From Desulfomonilia bacterium (GTDB lineage Bacteria; Desulfobacterota; Desulfomonilia; UBA1062), in assembly GCA_050014195.1 (NCBI GenBank), contig JBEKDT010000006.1, forward strand, positions 64,001 to 128,000: a DNA stretch of 64,000 nt, read 5' to 3'. This document shows positions 37,927-53,335 of this stretch, one piece after another; position 1 is the stretch's first letter; every line of letters starts with the position of its first letter. A model generated the notes under the pieces. It saw only the letters and a program-made list of their open reading frames with translations, did no database searches and was not told the origin of the DNA. A program made the translations under genes and the position numbers.

Positions 37927-37995
37927 CCCGAACTATTACTATACCGACACCACGAATATTGATATTTGTGAATTCGGTATAAGTGGCTAATAGAC
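37927..37995 (-). other. array head site (attI-like or degenerate attC)
   Basis: ATACCGA...TCGGTAT hairpin then AGTAATA-GTTCGGG; GTTCGGG complements the CCCGAAC closing this cassette. Confidence 0.55.
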
Positions 37996-38101
37996 ACGGA
38001 ATGTGGAAAAGATGTGGTGGCTAACCCATGACCGTGACAATATCTCCATTTCATAATATTATAGCCTACATGATATGATGGTCTGCCGTAAGATATTTAA
38101 A

Positions 38102-38479
38102 TGGTCTAAAGAGCCAATTGCAAAAATTAAAAAGGTTCATCACAGTAAAGCATACTCGGCTCATTGAAGAGCACACAAAAGGGATATTCCACCACGAAGG
38201 ACACGAAGAGCACGAAGAAGATCTAAAAACCAGAACAAACACTCTTGGATCCATTGAACCGGTCAACGATTTCAAAAGGCTTTCTTTCTTCGTGTCCTTC
38301 GTGGTGAGAACAATGGGCTGGGAAGAGGATGCAAACCACGAAAGTATGCTTCACAGAGAAGAACCATTAAAAAAGAGTCACCTCCGCGAAAGCGGGGGTC
38401 CAGAAGTCCATGAAGAGACTGGATTCGAAGCTTTCGTAGGAATGACATCCAAAGAGTTTTGCAATTACCTCTAAAGACT
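38102..38479. repeat. MITE-like segment with imperfect ~22-bp terminal IRs enclosing two palindromic elements
   Basis: GTCTAAAGAGCCAATTGCAAAA / TTTTGCAATTACCTCTAAAGAC; perfect 19-bp IR 38190-38208 / 38288-38306; GTCA...GGAATGAC element 38377-38446. Confidence 0.6.
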
Positions 38480-38519
38480 AAAATTACTCGGCCGGGTGGA
38501 TGGAATGAAAGAAGGCATT

Positions 38520-38558
38520 GGGTGGCACGGGCCAAGGCTGGAGGCCTTGCCCGTGGGA
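38520..38558 (+). repeat. REP-like palindrome GGGTGGCACGGGC...GCCCGTGGGA
   Basis: matches 20445-20483. Confidence 0.75.
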
Positions 38559-38598
38559 TTTATTTGTGGGTGTCATTGAATGAAACCTTCTCTACAGG

Positions 38599-38764
38599 AT
38601 GAGATTGCCACGTCGCCTTCGGCTCCTCGCAATGACCCCAGAATAATACTAATAATATTCCTCTATGCAACGGTTCTTTCATTATCTGTTCACAGTCACT
38701 ATTAAGTAATCGTTAATCACTATTCACTGTTAACTGATCACTGATCATTGGTCACTAAACACCC
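38599..38764 (-). repeat. right composite arm, inverted relative to 35775-35882
   Basis: 39-bp block with 2 mismatches, GAACCGTTGCATAG, CAGTGAN heptamers. Confidence 0.8.
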
Positions 38765-38887
38765 TGTATCTTCCGCCCCTTTTCAATCATTCTCCCAGCT
38801 CTGAAAAATTTATTTTTTGCCCCTTGACTTTCCCCTAATCATTGAGATACAGACTCTTGGTGCGCAAGCTATGGGTGCGCCCGGAAG

Positions 38888-38963
38888 GCTGGAGTAGCTC
38901 AATCGGTAGAGCAGCTGATTTGTAATCAGCAGGTTGCGGGTTCGAGTCCCATCTCCAGCTCCA
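38888..38963 (+). tRNA. tRNA-Thr(TGT)
   Basis: cloverleaf, loop TTTGTAA, GGTTCGA, CCA. Confidence 0.97.
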
Positions 38964-38974
38964 GAGAGACTTCG

Positions 38975-39059
38975 GGAGGGGTTCCCGAGCGGCCAAAGGG
39001 AACAGACTGTAAATCTGTCGGCGAAGCCTACGGAGGTTCGAATCCTCCCCCCTCCACCA
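38975..39059 (+). tRNA. tRNA-Tyr(GTA)
   Basis: long variable arm, loop CTGTAAA, CCA. Confidence 0.97.
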
Positions 39060-39121
39060 TAAGAATGAGGGATTGCAGGAGACGTGAGTCGTTTATGACT
39101 GCACAATCCTAAGAAAATGAT

Positions 39122-39198
39122 GCGGGAGTAGCTCAGTTGGCTAGAGCGTCAGCCTTCCAAGCTGAGGGTCGCGGGTTCGAATCCCGTTTCCCGCTCCA
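39122..39198 (+). tRNA. tRNA-Gly(TCC)
   Basis: loop CTTCCAA, CCA. Confidence 0.97.
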
Positions 39199-39225
39199 TA
39201 TCCCCTCTAGTTTTTGTGGAGACAT

Positions 39226-39303
39226 GCCCACGTAGCTCAGTAGGTAGAGCACTTCCTTGGTAAGGAAGAGGTTTCCCCGGTTCGATCCCGGGCGTGGGCT
39301 CCA
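39226..39303 (+). tRNA. tRNA-Thr(GGT)
   Basis: loop TTGGTAA, CCA; 7-nt variable region. Confidence 0.95.
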
Positions 39304-39349
39304 CCTGAAAAGGCTTGTGCGGAGAAAAAAATTATAAAGGGGGAAGTAC

Positions 39350-40546
39350 ATGGCTAAGGAGACATTCAAGAGGACGAAGCCGCATGTGAATGTGGGGACG
39401 ATTGGTCATATTGATCATGGGAAGACGACGTTGACGGCGGCGATCACGAAGCATTTGGCGAAGAAGGGCATGGCCGAGTACGTGGCGTATGACCAGATAG
39501 ATAAGGCTCCGGAAGAGAAGGAGCGAGGGATCACGATCAACACGGCGCATGTGGAGTATGAGACGGAGAAGAGGCACTATGCGCACATCGATTGTCCTGG
39601 ACATGCGGACTACATCAAGAACATGATAACGGGAGCGGCGCAGATGGACGGGGCGATATTGGTGGTGGCGGCCTCTGACGGTCCGATGCCGCAGACGCGT
39701 GAGCACATTTTGTTGGCGAAGCAGGTGAATGTGCCGGCGATGGTGGTATTCATGAACAAGGTGGACCAGGTGGACGATCCGGAGTTATTGGAGCTGGTGG
39801 AGCTGGAGCTTCGGGAGCTTTTGAGTGCGTATGATTTTCCTGGGGACGAGATACCGATCATACGGGGGAGCGCGTTGAAGGCTCTTGAGACGGATGATTC
39901 GGATGGTGCGGATGCGAAGTGCATATTTGAGTTGATGGATGCGGTGGACAGCTACATACCCGAGCCGGTCAGGGACATAGACAAGCCGTTTTTGATGCCT
40001 GTAGAGGACATATTTACGATCAGCGGGCGCGGTACGGTGGTGACGGGCCGAGTAGAGCGCGGGATCATCAAGGTAGGGGACGAGGTGGAGATAATAGGGA
40101 TACGACCCACGATCAAGACGGTGTGCACGGGCGTTGAGATGTTCCGGAAGACGCTGGATGAGGGTCGTGCCGGGGACAATGTAGGGGTGCTGATCCGTGG
40201 GACGAAGCGTGAGGAGGTGGAGAGGGGGCAGGTAGTGGCGAAGCCCGGATCGATCAATCCGCACGTGCATTTCAGCTCTGAGGTATATGTATTAAAGAAG
40301 GAAGAGGGTGGTCGTCACACGCCGTTTTTCACGGGGTACCGGCCGCAGTTTTATTTTCGGACGACGGACGTGACGGGGGACATCAAGTTGCCCGAGGGGG
40401 TGGAGATGGTGATGCCCGGGGACAACGTGACGATGGAAGTGACGCTGATAGCGCCTATAGCGATGGAAGAGGGGTTGAGGTTTGCCATTCGAGAGGGCGG
40501 CAGGACCGTGGCATCCGGCGTCATCGTCAAGGTCATCCCGGACTAA
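39350..40546 (+). CDS. tuf: elongation factor Tu (copy 1)
   Basis: [21 protein letters not shown]. Confidence 0.99.
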   Translation: MAKETFKRTKPHVNVGTIGHIDHGKTTLTAAITKHLAKKGMAEYVAYDQIDKAPEEKERGITINTAHVEYETEKRHYAHIDCPGHADYIKNMITGAAQMDGAILVVAASDGPMPQTREHILLAKQVNVPAMVVFMNKVDQVDDPELLELVELELRELLSAYDFPGDEIPIIRGSALKALETDDSDGADAKCIFELMDAVDSYIPEPVRDIDKPFLMPVEDIFTISGRGTVVTGRVERGIIKVGDEVEIIGIRPTIKTVCTGVEMFRKTLDEGRAGDNVGVLIRGTKREEVERGQVVAKPGSINPHVHFSSEVYVLKKEEGGRHTPFFTGYRPQFYFRTTDVTGDIKLPEGVEMVMPGDNVTMEVTLIAPIAMEEGLRFAIREGGRTVASGVIVKVIPD

Positions 40547-40561
40547 ATAAGGTAGACATCC

Positions 40562-40711
40562 ATGAGAGACATTATTACTTTGGCATGTTCCGACTGCAAG
40601 AGGCGTAACTATACGTCCACTCGGAACAAGAAAAAGACCACGGACAAGCTGGAGGTGAAGAAGTATTGTCCTTCCTGCAGGGTTCATACGCTCCACAAAG
40701 AGACAAAGTAA
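40562..40711 (+). CDS. rpmG: 50S ribosomal protein L33 (Zn-binding form; below ORF track cutoff)
   Basis: [17 protein letters not shown]...[17 protein letters not shown]. Confidence 0.96.
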   Translation: MRDIITLACSDCKRRNYTSTRNKKKTTDKLEVKKYCPSCRVHTLHKETK

Positions 40712-40718
40712 AACGTGC

Positions 40719-40795
40719 AGGCCAGTAGCTCTAATTGGCAGAGCGCCGGACTCCAAATCCGGATGCTGGGGGTTCGAATCCCTCCTGGCCTGCCA
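40719..40795 (+). tRNA. tRNA-Trp(CCA)
   Basis: loop CTCCAAA; usual position before secE. Confidence 0.96.
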
Positions 40796-40815
40796 GTTTG
40801 GTTGGTAAGGAAGAT

Positions 40816-41028
40816 ATGGAAAACGAAAAATTAGCGGTAATCCTGAAGATCAAGCAGTTCTTCAAGGAAATCAGGGCCGAATGGGGCAAGGTCACCAAGA
40901 CCGGCAGGAAAGAGGTTATGAGCGGGACGATTGCAGTGATCATCTTGAGCGTAATAATCTCGGTGTTCTTGGCCGTTATCGACGCAGGCCTGTCCCAAAT
41001 GGTCAAGTTCATACTGAGTCTCGGGTAA
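40816..41028 (+). CDS. secE: preprotein translocase subunit SecE
   Basis: FFKEIRAEWGKVT plus one TM; synteny. Confidence 0.92.
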   Translation: MENEKLAVILKIKQFFKEIRAEWGKVTKTGRKEVMSGTIAVIILSVIISVFLAVIDAGLSQMVKFILSLG

Positions 41029-41033
41029 AAGCC

Positions 41034-41576
41034 ATGGATGAGAACTTAGAACATAAGTGGTACGTGGTACATACCCACTCAAATTACGAACACAAGGCGA
41101 AAAAGTCCTTGGAGGAACGCATCAAGGCCTTCAATTGCGAGGAATATTTCTCCGGAATCCTCGTACCCTCCGAGCAGATAAAGAAATCTGCCCCGGGAAA
41201 GAAGAAGACCTCGGCCAGGAAGTACTTCCCCGGGTATATTCTGGTCAGGATGGCCCTGACCGACAAGACCTGGCACGTGGTCATGAGTACGCCCAAGGTC
41301 ACGGGCTTCGTGGGTGGCAGGACTACTCCGTCCACCATCCCCGATGTCGAGGTGGAGACCTTGAAGTCGCAGCTCGAAGAAGGCATGGAGTCGCAGTCCC
41401 TCAGGTGCGAATTCGCCGTGGGTGATGCGGTTATAGTCAATGAAGGTCCTTTCCAGAACTTCAGCGGCATTGTGGATGACTGCAAACCCGATAAGGGAAA
41501 GGTGCGCGTGCTCGTGAGCATATTCGGTCGCTCAACGCCCGTAGAGCTGGGATTCGAACAGATAACCAAGAAATAG
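41034..41576 (+). CDS. nusG: transcription factor NusG
   Basis: KWYVVHT, FPGYILV, SIFGRSTPVEL. Confidence 0.97.
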   Translation: MDENLEHKWYVVHTHSNYEHKAKKSLEERIKAFNCEEYFSGILVPSEQIKKSAPGKKKTSARKYFPGYILVRMALTDKTWHVVMSTPKVTGFVGGRTTPSTIPDVEVETLKSQLEEGMESQSLRCEFAVGDAVIVNEGPFQNFSGIVDDCKPDKGKVRVLVSIFGRSTPVELGFEQITKK

Positions 41577-41594
41577 ACCATCAGAGGAAAGCAT

Positions 41595-42020
41595 ATGGCA
41601 AAGAAACTATTGGCAAAAATCAAGATTCATATCCCTGCAGGCGAGGCGAAACCCTCGCCCCCCGTCGGGCCCGCGCTGGGCCAGCACGGGGTGAACATCA
41701 TGGAGTTCTGTAAGGCATTCAATACCGCAACGGACAAGCAGCGCGGATACAAGATCCCTGTTGAGATCTCCGTGTATGCGGATCGATCATTCACCTTCAT
41801 CACCAAGAGCCCGCCGGCTTCAACACTGCTTCTGAAGGCGGCAGGCCTCGAGAAGGGATCATCGATCCCCAATAAGGACAAGGTGGGCAGGGTCACCAGG
41901 GACCAGGTAATCGAAATCGCGAAGCAGAAGATGAATGACCTCAATGCGCAGGACATGGACAATGCCGTCAATATCATTGCCGGCACCGCCCGGAGCATGG
42001 GGATCGAGATTGTAGACTGA
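41595..42020 (+). CDS. rplK: 50S ribosomal protein L11
   Basis: [17 protein letters not shown]. Confidence 0.98.
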   Translation: MAKKLLAKIKIHIPAGEAKPSPPVGPALGQHGVNIMEFCKAFNTATDKQRGYKIPVEISVYADRSFTFITKSPPASTLLLKAAGLEKGSSIPNKDKVGRVTRDQVIEIAKQKMNDLNAQDMDNAVNIIAGTARSMGIEIVD

Positions 42021-42034
42021 AGGAGATACACGCT

Positions 42035-42739
42035 ATGGCGAGGTGTGGCAAAAAATATGCTGAGGCGAGGAACAAGGTTGACCCTCAGAAGAAATACGCG
42101 CTGACCGATGCGCTCGCGCTGGTGATCGACAATGCCTATGCAAAGTTTGATGAGAGCGTGGACGTGGCCTTAAGGCTTGGGGTCGATCCCCGGCATGCCG
42201 ACCAGATGGTCCGCGGCTCCGTGGTGCTTCCGCACGGTACGGGCAAGACCACAAGGGTCCTGGTGTTCGCCAGGGGTGAGAAAGAGAAGGAGGCCAAAGA
42301 GGCAGGGGCAGACTACGTCGGTGCAGAGGACATCGCCGAGAAGGTCCAGGGCGGGTGGCTCGATTTCGACAAGGTCATTGCTACGCCCGACCTGATGGGA
42401 ACCGTGGGCAAGCTGGGAAAGGTCTTAGGCCCCAGAGGCATGATGCCGAACCCCAAGCTCGGCACTGTTACGTTCGATGTAACCAAGGCGGTCAGTGATA
42501 TGAAGGCCGGCCGGGTTGATTTCCGCGTGGACAAGGTGGGCATCGTCCATTGCAGCGTCGGCAAGGTGTCCTTCGGCAAGGAGAAGATCTTTGACAACCT
42601 CAAGGTCCTGCTTGAGATGATCATGAAGCTCAAGCCGTCTTCTAGTAAGGGGACGTATGTAAAGGGCGTGGCCGTGTCCAGCACCATGGGTCCGGGTGTG
42701 AGGATTGATCCGTTTGAGGTTTCAAACATACTAAAGTAA
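42035..42739 (+). CDS. rplA: 50S ribosomal protein L1
   Basis: [17 protein letters not shown]. Confidence 0.98.
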   Translation: MARCGKKYAEARNKVDPQKKYALTDALALVIDNAYAKFDESVDVALRLGVDPRHADQMVRGSVVLPHGTGKTTRVLVFARGEKEKEAKEAGADYVGAEDIAEKVQGGWLDFDKVIATPDLMGTVGKLGKVLGPRGMMPNPKLGTVTFDVTKAVSDMKAGRVDFRVDKVGIVHCSVGKVSFGKEKIFDNLKVLLEMIMKLKPSSSKGTYVKGVAVSSTMGPGVRIDPFEVSNILK

Positions 42740-42744
42740 ATAAG

Positions 42745-42832
42745 TCCTGGTCAAAGACAGCGGGAGCACGCGTGAGCGTGCTTAAACATTCCCGCCGAGA
42801 TCTGGGTATCCCCTAGGCACCCTTTGACAGGA
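42745..42832 (+). promoter_or_regulatory. L10 leader (rplJ autoregulatory RNA)
   Basis: AAGACAGCGGG...TTAA...CCCGCCGAG pattern between rplA and rplJ. Confidence 0.8.
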
Positions 42833-42865
42833 TTAATCCAAAAAAGAAAGGGGTGAGGTGTTTCA

Positions 42866-43381
42866 TTGAAAAAGGACGAAAAAGAACAATTAGTGCAGGT
42901 CCTGCATGATGAGCTGGGAAAATCCCAGGCGTTTTTCGTGACCGACTACATGGGTTTGACCGTGGAGAAGATCACGAAGCTCAGGCGGGACATTAAAGGC
43001 GCAGGCGGTTCATACCAGGTCGTCAAGAATACCCTTCTCAGAAGGGCGTCCGTTGGGACGCCTGCAAAGGGCATCGAGCAGTTTTTTGTAGGGCCGACGG
43101 CTGTCGCTATTGCCAAGACGGATGCTGTTGCCGTTGCAAAGGCCCTGGTAAATTTTGCCAAGGACAACGATCAGCTCGAGATCCAGGCGGGCATGCTGGG
43201 CGAGCGGGCCATCACCGCTCTTGACATCCAGGAACTCTCTAAGATGCCGCCTAAGGAAGTGCTGCTGGCGAGGATGCTTGGTTCCCTCAACGCCCCGGTT
43301 TCAAACTTTGTGGGCGTGCTATCGGCCATTGTCAGACAGTTGGTTTATGTACTGAAAGCCATTGAAAACAAGAAAGCGTGA
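42866..43381 (+). CDS. rplJ: 50S ribosomal protein L10
   Basis: DYMGLTV, VVKNTL, GPTAVA; TTG start. Confidence 0.97.
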   Translation: MKKDEKEQLVQVLHDELGKSQAFFVTDYMGLTVEKITKLRRDIKGAGGSYQVVKNTLLRRASVGTPAKGIEQFFVGPTAVAIAKTDAVAVAKALVNFAKDNDQLEIQAGMLGERAITALDIQELSKMPPKEVLLARMLGSLNAPVSNFVGVLSAIVRQLVYVLKAIENKKA

Positions 43382-43393
43382 AGGAGTATAAAA

Positions 43394-43777
43394 ATGTCAC
43401 AGATTACCCGTGAGGATGTTATAAAATTCATCGAGAGCATGACCGTTCTCGATCTGTCGGAATTTGTTAAGCAACTTGAAGAGAAGTTCGGTGTTACTGC
43501 TGCCGCCCCGGTTGCCGCTGTTGCCGCCATGCCGGGTGCTGCCCCTGCCGCAGCTGTAGAGGAGAAGACCACCTTTGATGTGGTCCTTAAGGATGTAGGC
43601 CCGCAGAAGATCCAGGTCATCAAGGTCGTGCGCGCACTCACCGACCTTGGCCTCAAAGAGGCGAAGGATGCCGTTGAGGGAGTGCCCAAGACAGTGAAGG
43701 AGGGCGTAAACAAAGAGGAAGCCGAAGACGCCAAGAAGAAGCTCGAAGAGGTCGGTGCAGTCGTCGAGATTAAGTAG
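43394..43777 (+). CDS. rplL: 50S ribosomal protein L7/L12
   Basis: EEKFGV, Ala hinge, GLKEAK. Confidence 0.98.
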   Translation: MSQITREDVIKFIESMTVLDLSEFVKQLEEKFGVTAAAPVAAVAAMPGAAPAAAVEEKTTFDVVLKDVGPQKIQVIKVVRALTDLGLKEAKDAVEGVPKTVKEGVNKEEAEDAKKKLEEVGAVVEIK

Positions 43778-43794
43778 AGAACAGGTACACCCTG

Positions 43795-43826
43795 AGCGGG
43801 GGATAGGCTCAGCCTGTCCCCCCGCT
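43795..43826 (+). terminator. GC-rich hairpin between rplL and rpoB (attenuator-like, weak U tract)
   Basis: AGCGGGGGATAGGCT / AGCCTGTCCCCCCGCT. Confidence 0.55.
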
Positions 43827-43878
43827 GCTTCCCTCGTGTAGGAATCATAACTCTTAAAAAAGAGGAAGACTAAAAAAG

Positions 43879-46800
43879 ATGATAGAAAGCATCCTTTTAA
43901 ATCCGCAATTAAGGCGAAAGAACTTCGGAAAGAGGCAGACCATCCTGGACATACCCGACTTGGTTGAACTTCCGAAGTCGTCCTATAGCGCTTTTCTGCA
44001 AAAGGACATACCGCCGGAGAAAAGGAAGAACATCGGTCTTCAGCAGGTGTTCAAATCTGTATTCCCGATCAAGGATTTCAATGAGGACGCATCGCTAGAG
44101 TTCGTGGAATACCGGCTGGGTGAGTCGAAGTATGACATGGATGAATGCCTCCAGAAGGGCCTCACGTATGCCGCGCCGGTGAACCTCAAGGTGAGGCTCG
44201 TTGTCTATGACCGCGACGAGGAGTCGGGCACCCAGAGCATCAGGGATATAAAGGAGCAGGAGGTCTACTTCGGTGAGATACCGCTCATGACCCCGAGCTC
44301 CACCTTCATCATCAACGGTACCGAGCGGGTCATTGTAAGCCAGCTCCATCGGTCGCCCGGGATCTTTTTCGATAAGACCACGGCCCGGGCCGCCACGGGC
44401 GGGAGAGTCCTCTATTCGGCCCGGATCATCCCTGCCAGAGGCTCCTGGCTCGATCTGGACTTCGATGCGAAGAGCATCTTATATCTCAGGATCGACCGCC
44501 GCAGGAAGATGCCGGTGACTACGCTCATGAAGGCCATGAGTTTCTCGAACCAGGATGTCCTTGCCATCTACTACCCCAAGGAACGCTACACCTTCGAGAA
44601 GAAAGCGGTCCACAAGCATATCGACATAGAGAACCTCCTGGGGCTGAAGGTTGACTTCGATATTAAGCTGAAAGGTTCCGATGAGGCGGTTCTCAAGGCG
44701 GGACGCAAGGTCACGGCCAAGATCGCGAGCAAGTACAAGGGCAAGGTCTTCGAGCCCATTGTCATGGAAGAGAGCGAACTTTTAGGCAAGATCATAGCCG
44801 ATGATATCGTGAACATGGAAACCGGCGAGATCATCGTGGACGCCAATGAGGAGATCACCGAAGAGCTCATTGAAAAGCTCCATGAACACGGCATCAAAGA
44901 GTTCAAGGCCATCTATTTTGATGAGATCACCTACAGCAGTTCGCTGAGCAAGACATTGGCCCTTGATAAAGTGGACACACCGGAAGAGGCCCTCATCGAA
45001 ATATACCGACGCTTGAGGCCGTCGAATCCTCCGACCCTTGAGATAGCGACCCATTTCTTCGATAATTTGTTTTTCAACCCCTCCTACTATGACCTCTCCC
45101 GCGTGGGCAGGATGAAGATAAACCAGAAGCTTCATATCAGCGAGGAAGAGGCACCGCTTGACTATACGGTGCTCCGCAAGGAGGACATTCTCTTCACCGT
45201 GAAATACCTCCTGCAACTGAGAGACGGCATGCAGGGCAGGTCCGTGGATGACATCGACCACATGTCCAACCGCCGCGTACGATCCGTGGGCGAGCTCCTG
45301 GAAAACCAGTACCGGATCGGGCTGGTCCGGATGGAGCGGGCCATCAAGGAACGCATGAGCCTGCAGGACGTTGAGACCATGATGCCCAACAACCTCATCA
45401 ACCCCAAGCCGGTGACCGCGGTCATCAGGGAGTTCTTCGGCTCGGGCCAGTTGAGCCAGTTCATGGACCAGACCAATCCGTTATCCGCCATCACCCACAA
45501 ACGCAGGCTCTCCGCCCTGGGTCCCGGCGGACTCACCAGAGAGCGTGCCGTGTTCGAGGTGCGTGACGTGCACCCCTCCCACTACGGCCGCGTTTGTCCC
45601 ATCGAGACGCCGGAAGGCCCGAATATCGGTCTCATCGTATCGCTCTCCACCTACGGACGCGTGAACGAGTTCGGGTTCATCGAGACCCCGTATTACGTGG
45701 TGAAGGGCGGGGTGGTTACCGATGAGATTCACTACTTAAGCGCCATTGAAGAAGATGAGCAGGTTATTGTTCAGGCAACCGAGCCCCTGGATGAAGATAG
45801 TAAGATCATTGCCGACTTGGTGCGCGTGCGCGTAAGGAACGGCCAGTACTCTACGGTCACCCGCGACCAGGTCACCTATATGGACGTGGCCACGAACCAG
45901 CTCTTTTCCGTGTCGGCAAACCTCATCCCATTTTTGGAGCATGACGATGCCAACCGGGCGCTCATGGGCTCCAACATGCAGCGCCAGGCAGTACCGCTGC
46001 TCTTCTCCAGGCCGCCCATAGTGGGAACCGGCATGGAGCAGCTTGTGGCCAGGGACTCGGGTGTGTGTGTAGTGGCCCACCGGCCCGGGACGGTGCAGGA
46101 TGTGGACAGCCAGCGTATCGTCATCAAGGCCGACACCATGGGCAAGGACCGGGAGGACACCGGAATCGACATCTACCGGCTCACCAAATTCAAGCGTGCC
46201 AACCAGAACACCTCCTTTAACCAGAAGCCTATCGTGCGAAAAGGGCTGCACGTAGCCAGAAACGAGATCATTGCCGACGGCCCGGCTACCCGAAACGGTG
46301 AGCTGGCCCTGGGCAGGAATCTGATCGTCGCCTTCATGCCCTGGGGCGGCTATAACTATGAAGACGCCATCCTCATCTCTGAGCGAGTGGTGAAAGAAGA
46401 CTTCTATACCTCGGTGCATATCGAGGAATTCGAGGTCATGGCCCGTGACGTCAAGCTCGGCAGCGAAGAGATCACACGGGACATACCGAATGCCGGCGAA
46501 GAGGCCTTAAAAGACCTCGATGACTCGGGCATTATCCGCATCGGCGCCGAGGTCAAACCCGGCGATATCCTGGTGGGAAAGGTCACCCCCAAGGGCGAAA
46601 CCCAGCTCTCTCCTGAGGAGAAACTGCTGCGCGCCATCTTCGGCGAGAAGGCCAGCGAAGTGAAGGACACCTCCTTAAGGGTCCCGCCCGGCATCGAGGG
46701 AACCATCATTGACGCTCGCGTCTTCAACCGCAGAGGACAGGATAAGGACGAGCGGACACTCCAGATCGAGCATATGGAGATCGATAAGCTGAGGAAGGAC

Positions 46801-48021
46801 CAGGAAGACGAGATCGCAATCATCGTTGATGGAGGCAGGAACAGGCTTGAAGACCTGCTCATCGGCAAAAAGCTCTCAGGGCCGATGCTCTCCCATCTGG
46901 GCGACACCATCATCGCCAAGAAGGGGAATGTCATCAAGAAGGAGATGCTCGACCAGCTGAGGATAGACGATTTCAAAGACATCCGCGTCGCAGAAGGAAA
47001 TGAGGTTGAGCAGGAGATCGAGAAGGTCATCACGAGGGTGGACCATCAGAAGAAGCTCATCCTGGACTTCTATGACTCCAAGATCGAAAAGCTCTCCGCC
47101 GGAGACGATCTGCCGCCCGGTGTGAACAAGATGGTGAAGGTCTATGTAGCCATCAAGCGCAAGCTATCGGTCGGCGACAAGATGGCCGGCCGCCACGGCA
47201 ACAAGGGCGTCATCTCGCGGATACTCCCCGAGGAGGACATGCCCTTCTTTACCGACGGTAGGCCGCTGGACATCGTACTGAACCCCTTAGGCGTACCTTC
47301 GCGCATGAATGTCGGCCAGATCCTTGAAACACACCTCGGCTGGGCCATGCACGGCATCGGCGAGGTGATCAACAAGATGATAGAAGAGAAATATCCGGAC
47401 GAGGAGCTCAAGGGCATGCTCAAAAAGGTCTATGGCTCAAAGAAGATAAGCAGGATACTTGAGAAGGCCTCCCGCGAAGAGCTCCTTGAGCTTGCCAGCA
47501 AGATCAAGGAGGGCGGGCTCACCGTATCGGTACCGGTGTTCGATTCCGCAACGGAAAACGACATAGCCGGCATGTTCAAGCTGGCAGGCATAACGGACGG
47601 CGGACGTGTCACCCTGTACGACGGCAGGTCCGGAGAGCCCTTTGACTCTAAGGTCACCGTAGGCATCATGTACATGCTCAAGCTCCACCATCTGGTGGAT
47701 GACAAGATCCATGCCCGGTCCATCGGCCCGTACTCACTCGTCACCCAGCAGCCTCTTGGCGGCAAGGCCCAGTTCGGCGGCCAGCGCCTGGGAGAGATGG
47801 AGGTCTGGGCCATCGAGGCCTATGGCGCCGCCTACACCCTGCAGGAGTTTCTCACGGTCAAGTCCGACGACGTGGCCGGCAGGACCAGGATGTACGAGTC
47901 CATCGTCAAGGGCCAGCATGAGCTGGAGCCCGGAATACCGGAGTCATTCAACGTTCTCACGAGAGAACTCAAAAGCCTGGGCCTCGATATCTCATTGATC
48001 GAGGGGCAAGGCCAACACTAA
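43879..48021 (+). CDS. rpoB: RNA polymerase beta subunit
   Basis: [34 protein letters not shown]. Confidence 0.99.
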   Translation: MIESILLNPQLRRKNFGKRQTILDIPDLVELPKSSYSAFLQKDIPPEKRKNIGLQQVFKSVFPIKDFNEDASLEFVEYRLGESKYDMDECLQKGLTYAAPVNLKVRLVVYDRDEESGTQSIRDIKEQEVYFGEIPLMTPSSTFIINGTERVIVSQLHRSPGIFFDKTTARAATGGRVLYSARIIPARGSWLDLDFDAKSILYLRIDRRRKMPVTTLMKAMSFSNQDVLAIYYPKERYTFEKKAVHKHIDIENLLGLKVDFDIKLKGSDEAVLKAGRKVTAKIASKYKGKVFEPIVMEESELLGKIIADDIVNMETGEIIVDANEEITEELIEKLHEHGIKEFKAIYFDEITYSSSLSKTLALDKVDTPEEALIEIYRRLRPSNPPTLEIATHFFDNLFFNPSYYDLSRVGRMKINQKLHISEEEAPLDYTVLRKEDILFTVKYLLQLRDGMQGRSVDDIDHMSNRRVRSVGELLENQYRIGLVRMERAIKERMSLQDVETMMPNNLINPKPVTAVIREFFGSGQLSQFMDQTNPLSAITHKRRLSALGPGGLTRERAVFEVRDVHPSHYGRVCPIETPEGPNIGLIVSLSTYGRVNEFGFIETPYYVVKGGVVTDEIHYLSAIEEDEQVIVQATEPLDEDSKIIADLVRVRVRNGQYSTVTRDQVTYMDVATNQLFSVSANLIPFLEHDDANRALMGSNMQRQAVPLLFSRPPIVGTGMEQLVARDSGVCVVAHRPGTVQDVDSQRIVIKADTMGKDREDTGIDIYRLTKFKRANQNTSFNQKPIVRKGLHVARNEIIADGPATRNGELALGRNLIVAFMPWGGYNYEDAILISERVVKEDFYTSVHIEEFEVMARDVKLGSEEITRDIPNAGEEALKDLDDSGIIRIGAEVKPGDILVGKVTPKGETQLSPEEKLLRAIFGEKASEVKDTSLRVPPGIEGTIIDARVFNRRGQDKDERTLQIEHMEIDKLRKDQEDEIAIIVDGGRNRLEDLLIGKKLSGPMLSHLGDTIIAKKGNVIKKEMLDQLRIDDFKDIRVAEGNEVEQEIEKVITRVDHQKKLILDFYDSKIEKLSAGDDLPPGVNKMVKVYVAIKRKLSVGDKMAGRHGNKGVISRILPEEDMPFFTDGRPLDIVLNPLGVPSRMNVGQILETHLGWAMHGIGEVINKMIEEKYPDEELKGMLKKVYGSKKISRILEKASREELLELASKIKEGGLTVSVPVFDSATENDIAGMFKLAGITDGGRVTLYDGRSGEPFDSKVTVGIMYMLKLHHLVDDKIHARSIGPYSLVTQQPLGGKAQFGGQRLGEMEVWAIEAYGAAYTLQEFLTVKSDDVAGRTRMYESIVKGQHELEPGIPESFNVLTRELKSLGLDISLIEGQGQH

Positions 48022-48033
48022 GGGGGGATAACA

Positions 48034-52365
<4,332 letters not shown>

Positions 52366-52372
52366 AAAGTCC

Positions 52373-52402
52373 TTGACAGGAGAAGGGTTGGATTGTTAGA
52401 AG
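52373..52402 (+). promoter_or_regulatory. putative str operon promoter
   Basis: TTGACA with a weak -10 (TGTTAGAAG). Confidence 0.45.
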
Positions 52403-52469
52403 ACTGCGGCTATCTGAGCATGGATTAAGGAATTTTTTCCTATTGATGACACTAAGAGGATAGAAAGAA

Positions 52470-52841
52470 ATGCCCACACTGAATCAGCTTGTGAGGAAAG
52501 GCAGAAAGACCATCGAGAAGCGTCAGAAGACGAGGGCCCTACAGGCATGCCCCCAGAAGAGGGGCGTCTGTGTGAGGGTCTACACCACGACCCCCAAGAA
52601 GCCCAACTCGGCCCTGAGAAAGGTTGCCCGTGTGCGGCTTACCAACGGTTATGAGGTGACCTCGTATATCCCGGGCGAAGGCCACAACCTCCAGGAACAT
52701 TCAGTGGTGCTGATCAGGGGCGGCCGTGTCAAGGACCTGCCCGGTGTTCGCTATCACATCATCCGTGGCGTCATGGACTCCGAAGGAGTGCAGGAGCGCC
52801 GTAAAGGCCGGTCCAAGTACGGCACCAAGAGACCCAAGTAG
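52470..52841 (+). CDS. rpsL: 30S ribosomal protein S12
   Basis: [18 protein letters not shown]. Confidence 0.99.
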   Translation: MPTLNQLVRKGRKTIEKRQKTRALQACPQKRGVCVRVYTTTPKKPNSALRKVARVRLTNGYEVTSYIPGEGHNLQEHSVVLIRGGRVKDLPGVRYHIIRGVMDSEGVQERRKGRSKYGTKRPK

Positions 52842-52850
52842 AGGTTTTTC

Positions 52851-53324
52851 ATGCCAAGGAAAAAGAGAGGAAGCCTGAAGAGGGGGATCTCATCGGACCC
52901 GAAGTTCGGTGACATCAACGTGGCAAAGTTCATCAACTGCCTCATGTGGGACGGAAAGAAGTCCGTGAGTGAGATGATCTTCTATGAGACATTGGAGCTC
53001 CTCGGCTCCAGGACCAAGGAAGACCCGCTTGAGGTATTCACCAAGGGATTCGACAATGTGAAGCCCTCCCTGGAGGTCCGATCCCGCAGGATCGGCGGCG
53101 CCACCTACCAGGTACCTCAGGAGGTTCGGCCCGACAGGAGGGACATGCTTGCCAGGAGATGGATCATCAATGCCGCACGCGAGCGCTCCGAACATACCAT
53201 GAGCGAGCGGTTGGCCGCCGAACTCCTGGACGCATACAACAACAGGGGAACTTCCATTAAGAAGAAAGAAGACACGCACAAGATGGCGGAGGCCAACAAG
53301 GCGTTTGCACATTATCGCTGGTAA
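52851..53324 (+). CDS. rpsG: 30S ribosomal protein S7
   Basis: [24 protein letters not shown]. Confidence 0.99.
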   Translation: MPRKKRGSLKRGISSDPKFGDINVAKFINCLMWDGKKSVSEMIFYETLELLGSRTKEDPLEVFTKGFDNVKPSLEVRSRRIGGATYQVPQEVRPDRRDMLARRWIINAARERSEHTMSERLAAELLDAYNNRGTSIKKKEDTHKMAEANKAFAHYRW

Positions 53325-53335
53325 GGATTATTGTT

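Noticed and set aside
38066-38535. ORFs 38118-38474, 38066-38275 and 38272-38535
   Set aside because: Translations of palindromic repeats; no recognisable domain or tyrosine recombinase motifs.
38824-38856. Promoter for the tRNA-tuf operon
   Set aside because: TTGACT is present but there is no convincing -10 at 17-bp spacing.
40735-41033. Extended starts of secE and nusG
   Set aside because: They run through tRNA-Trp or secE; internal ATGs match known lengths.
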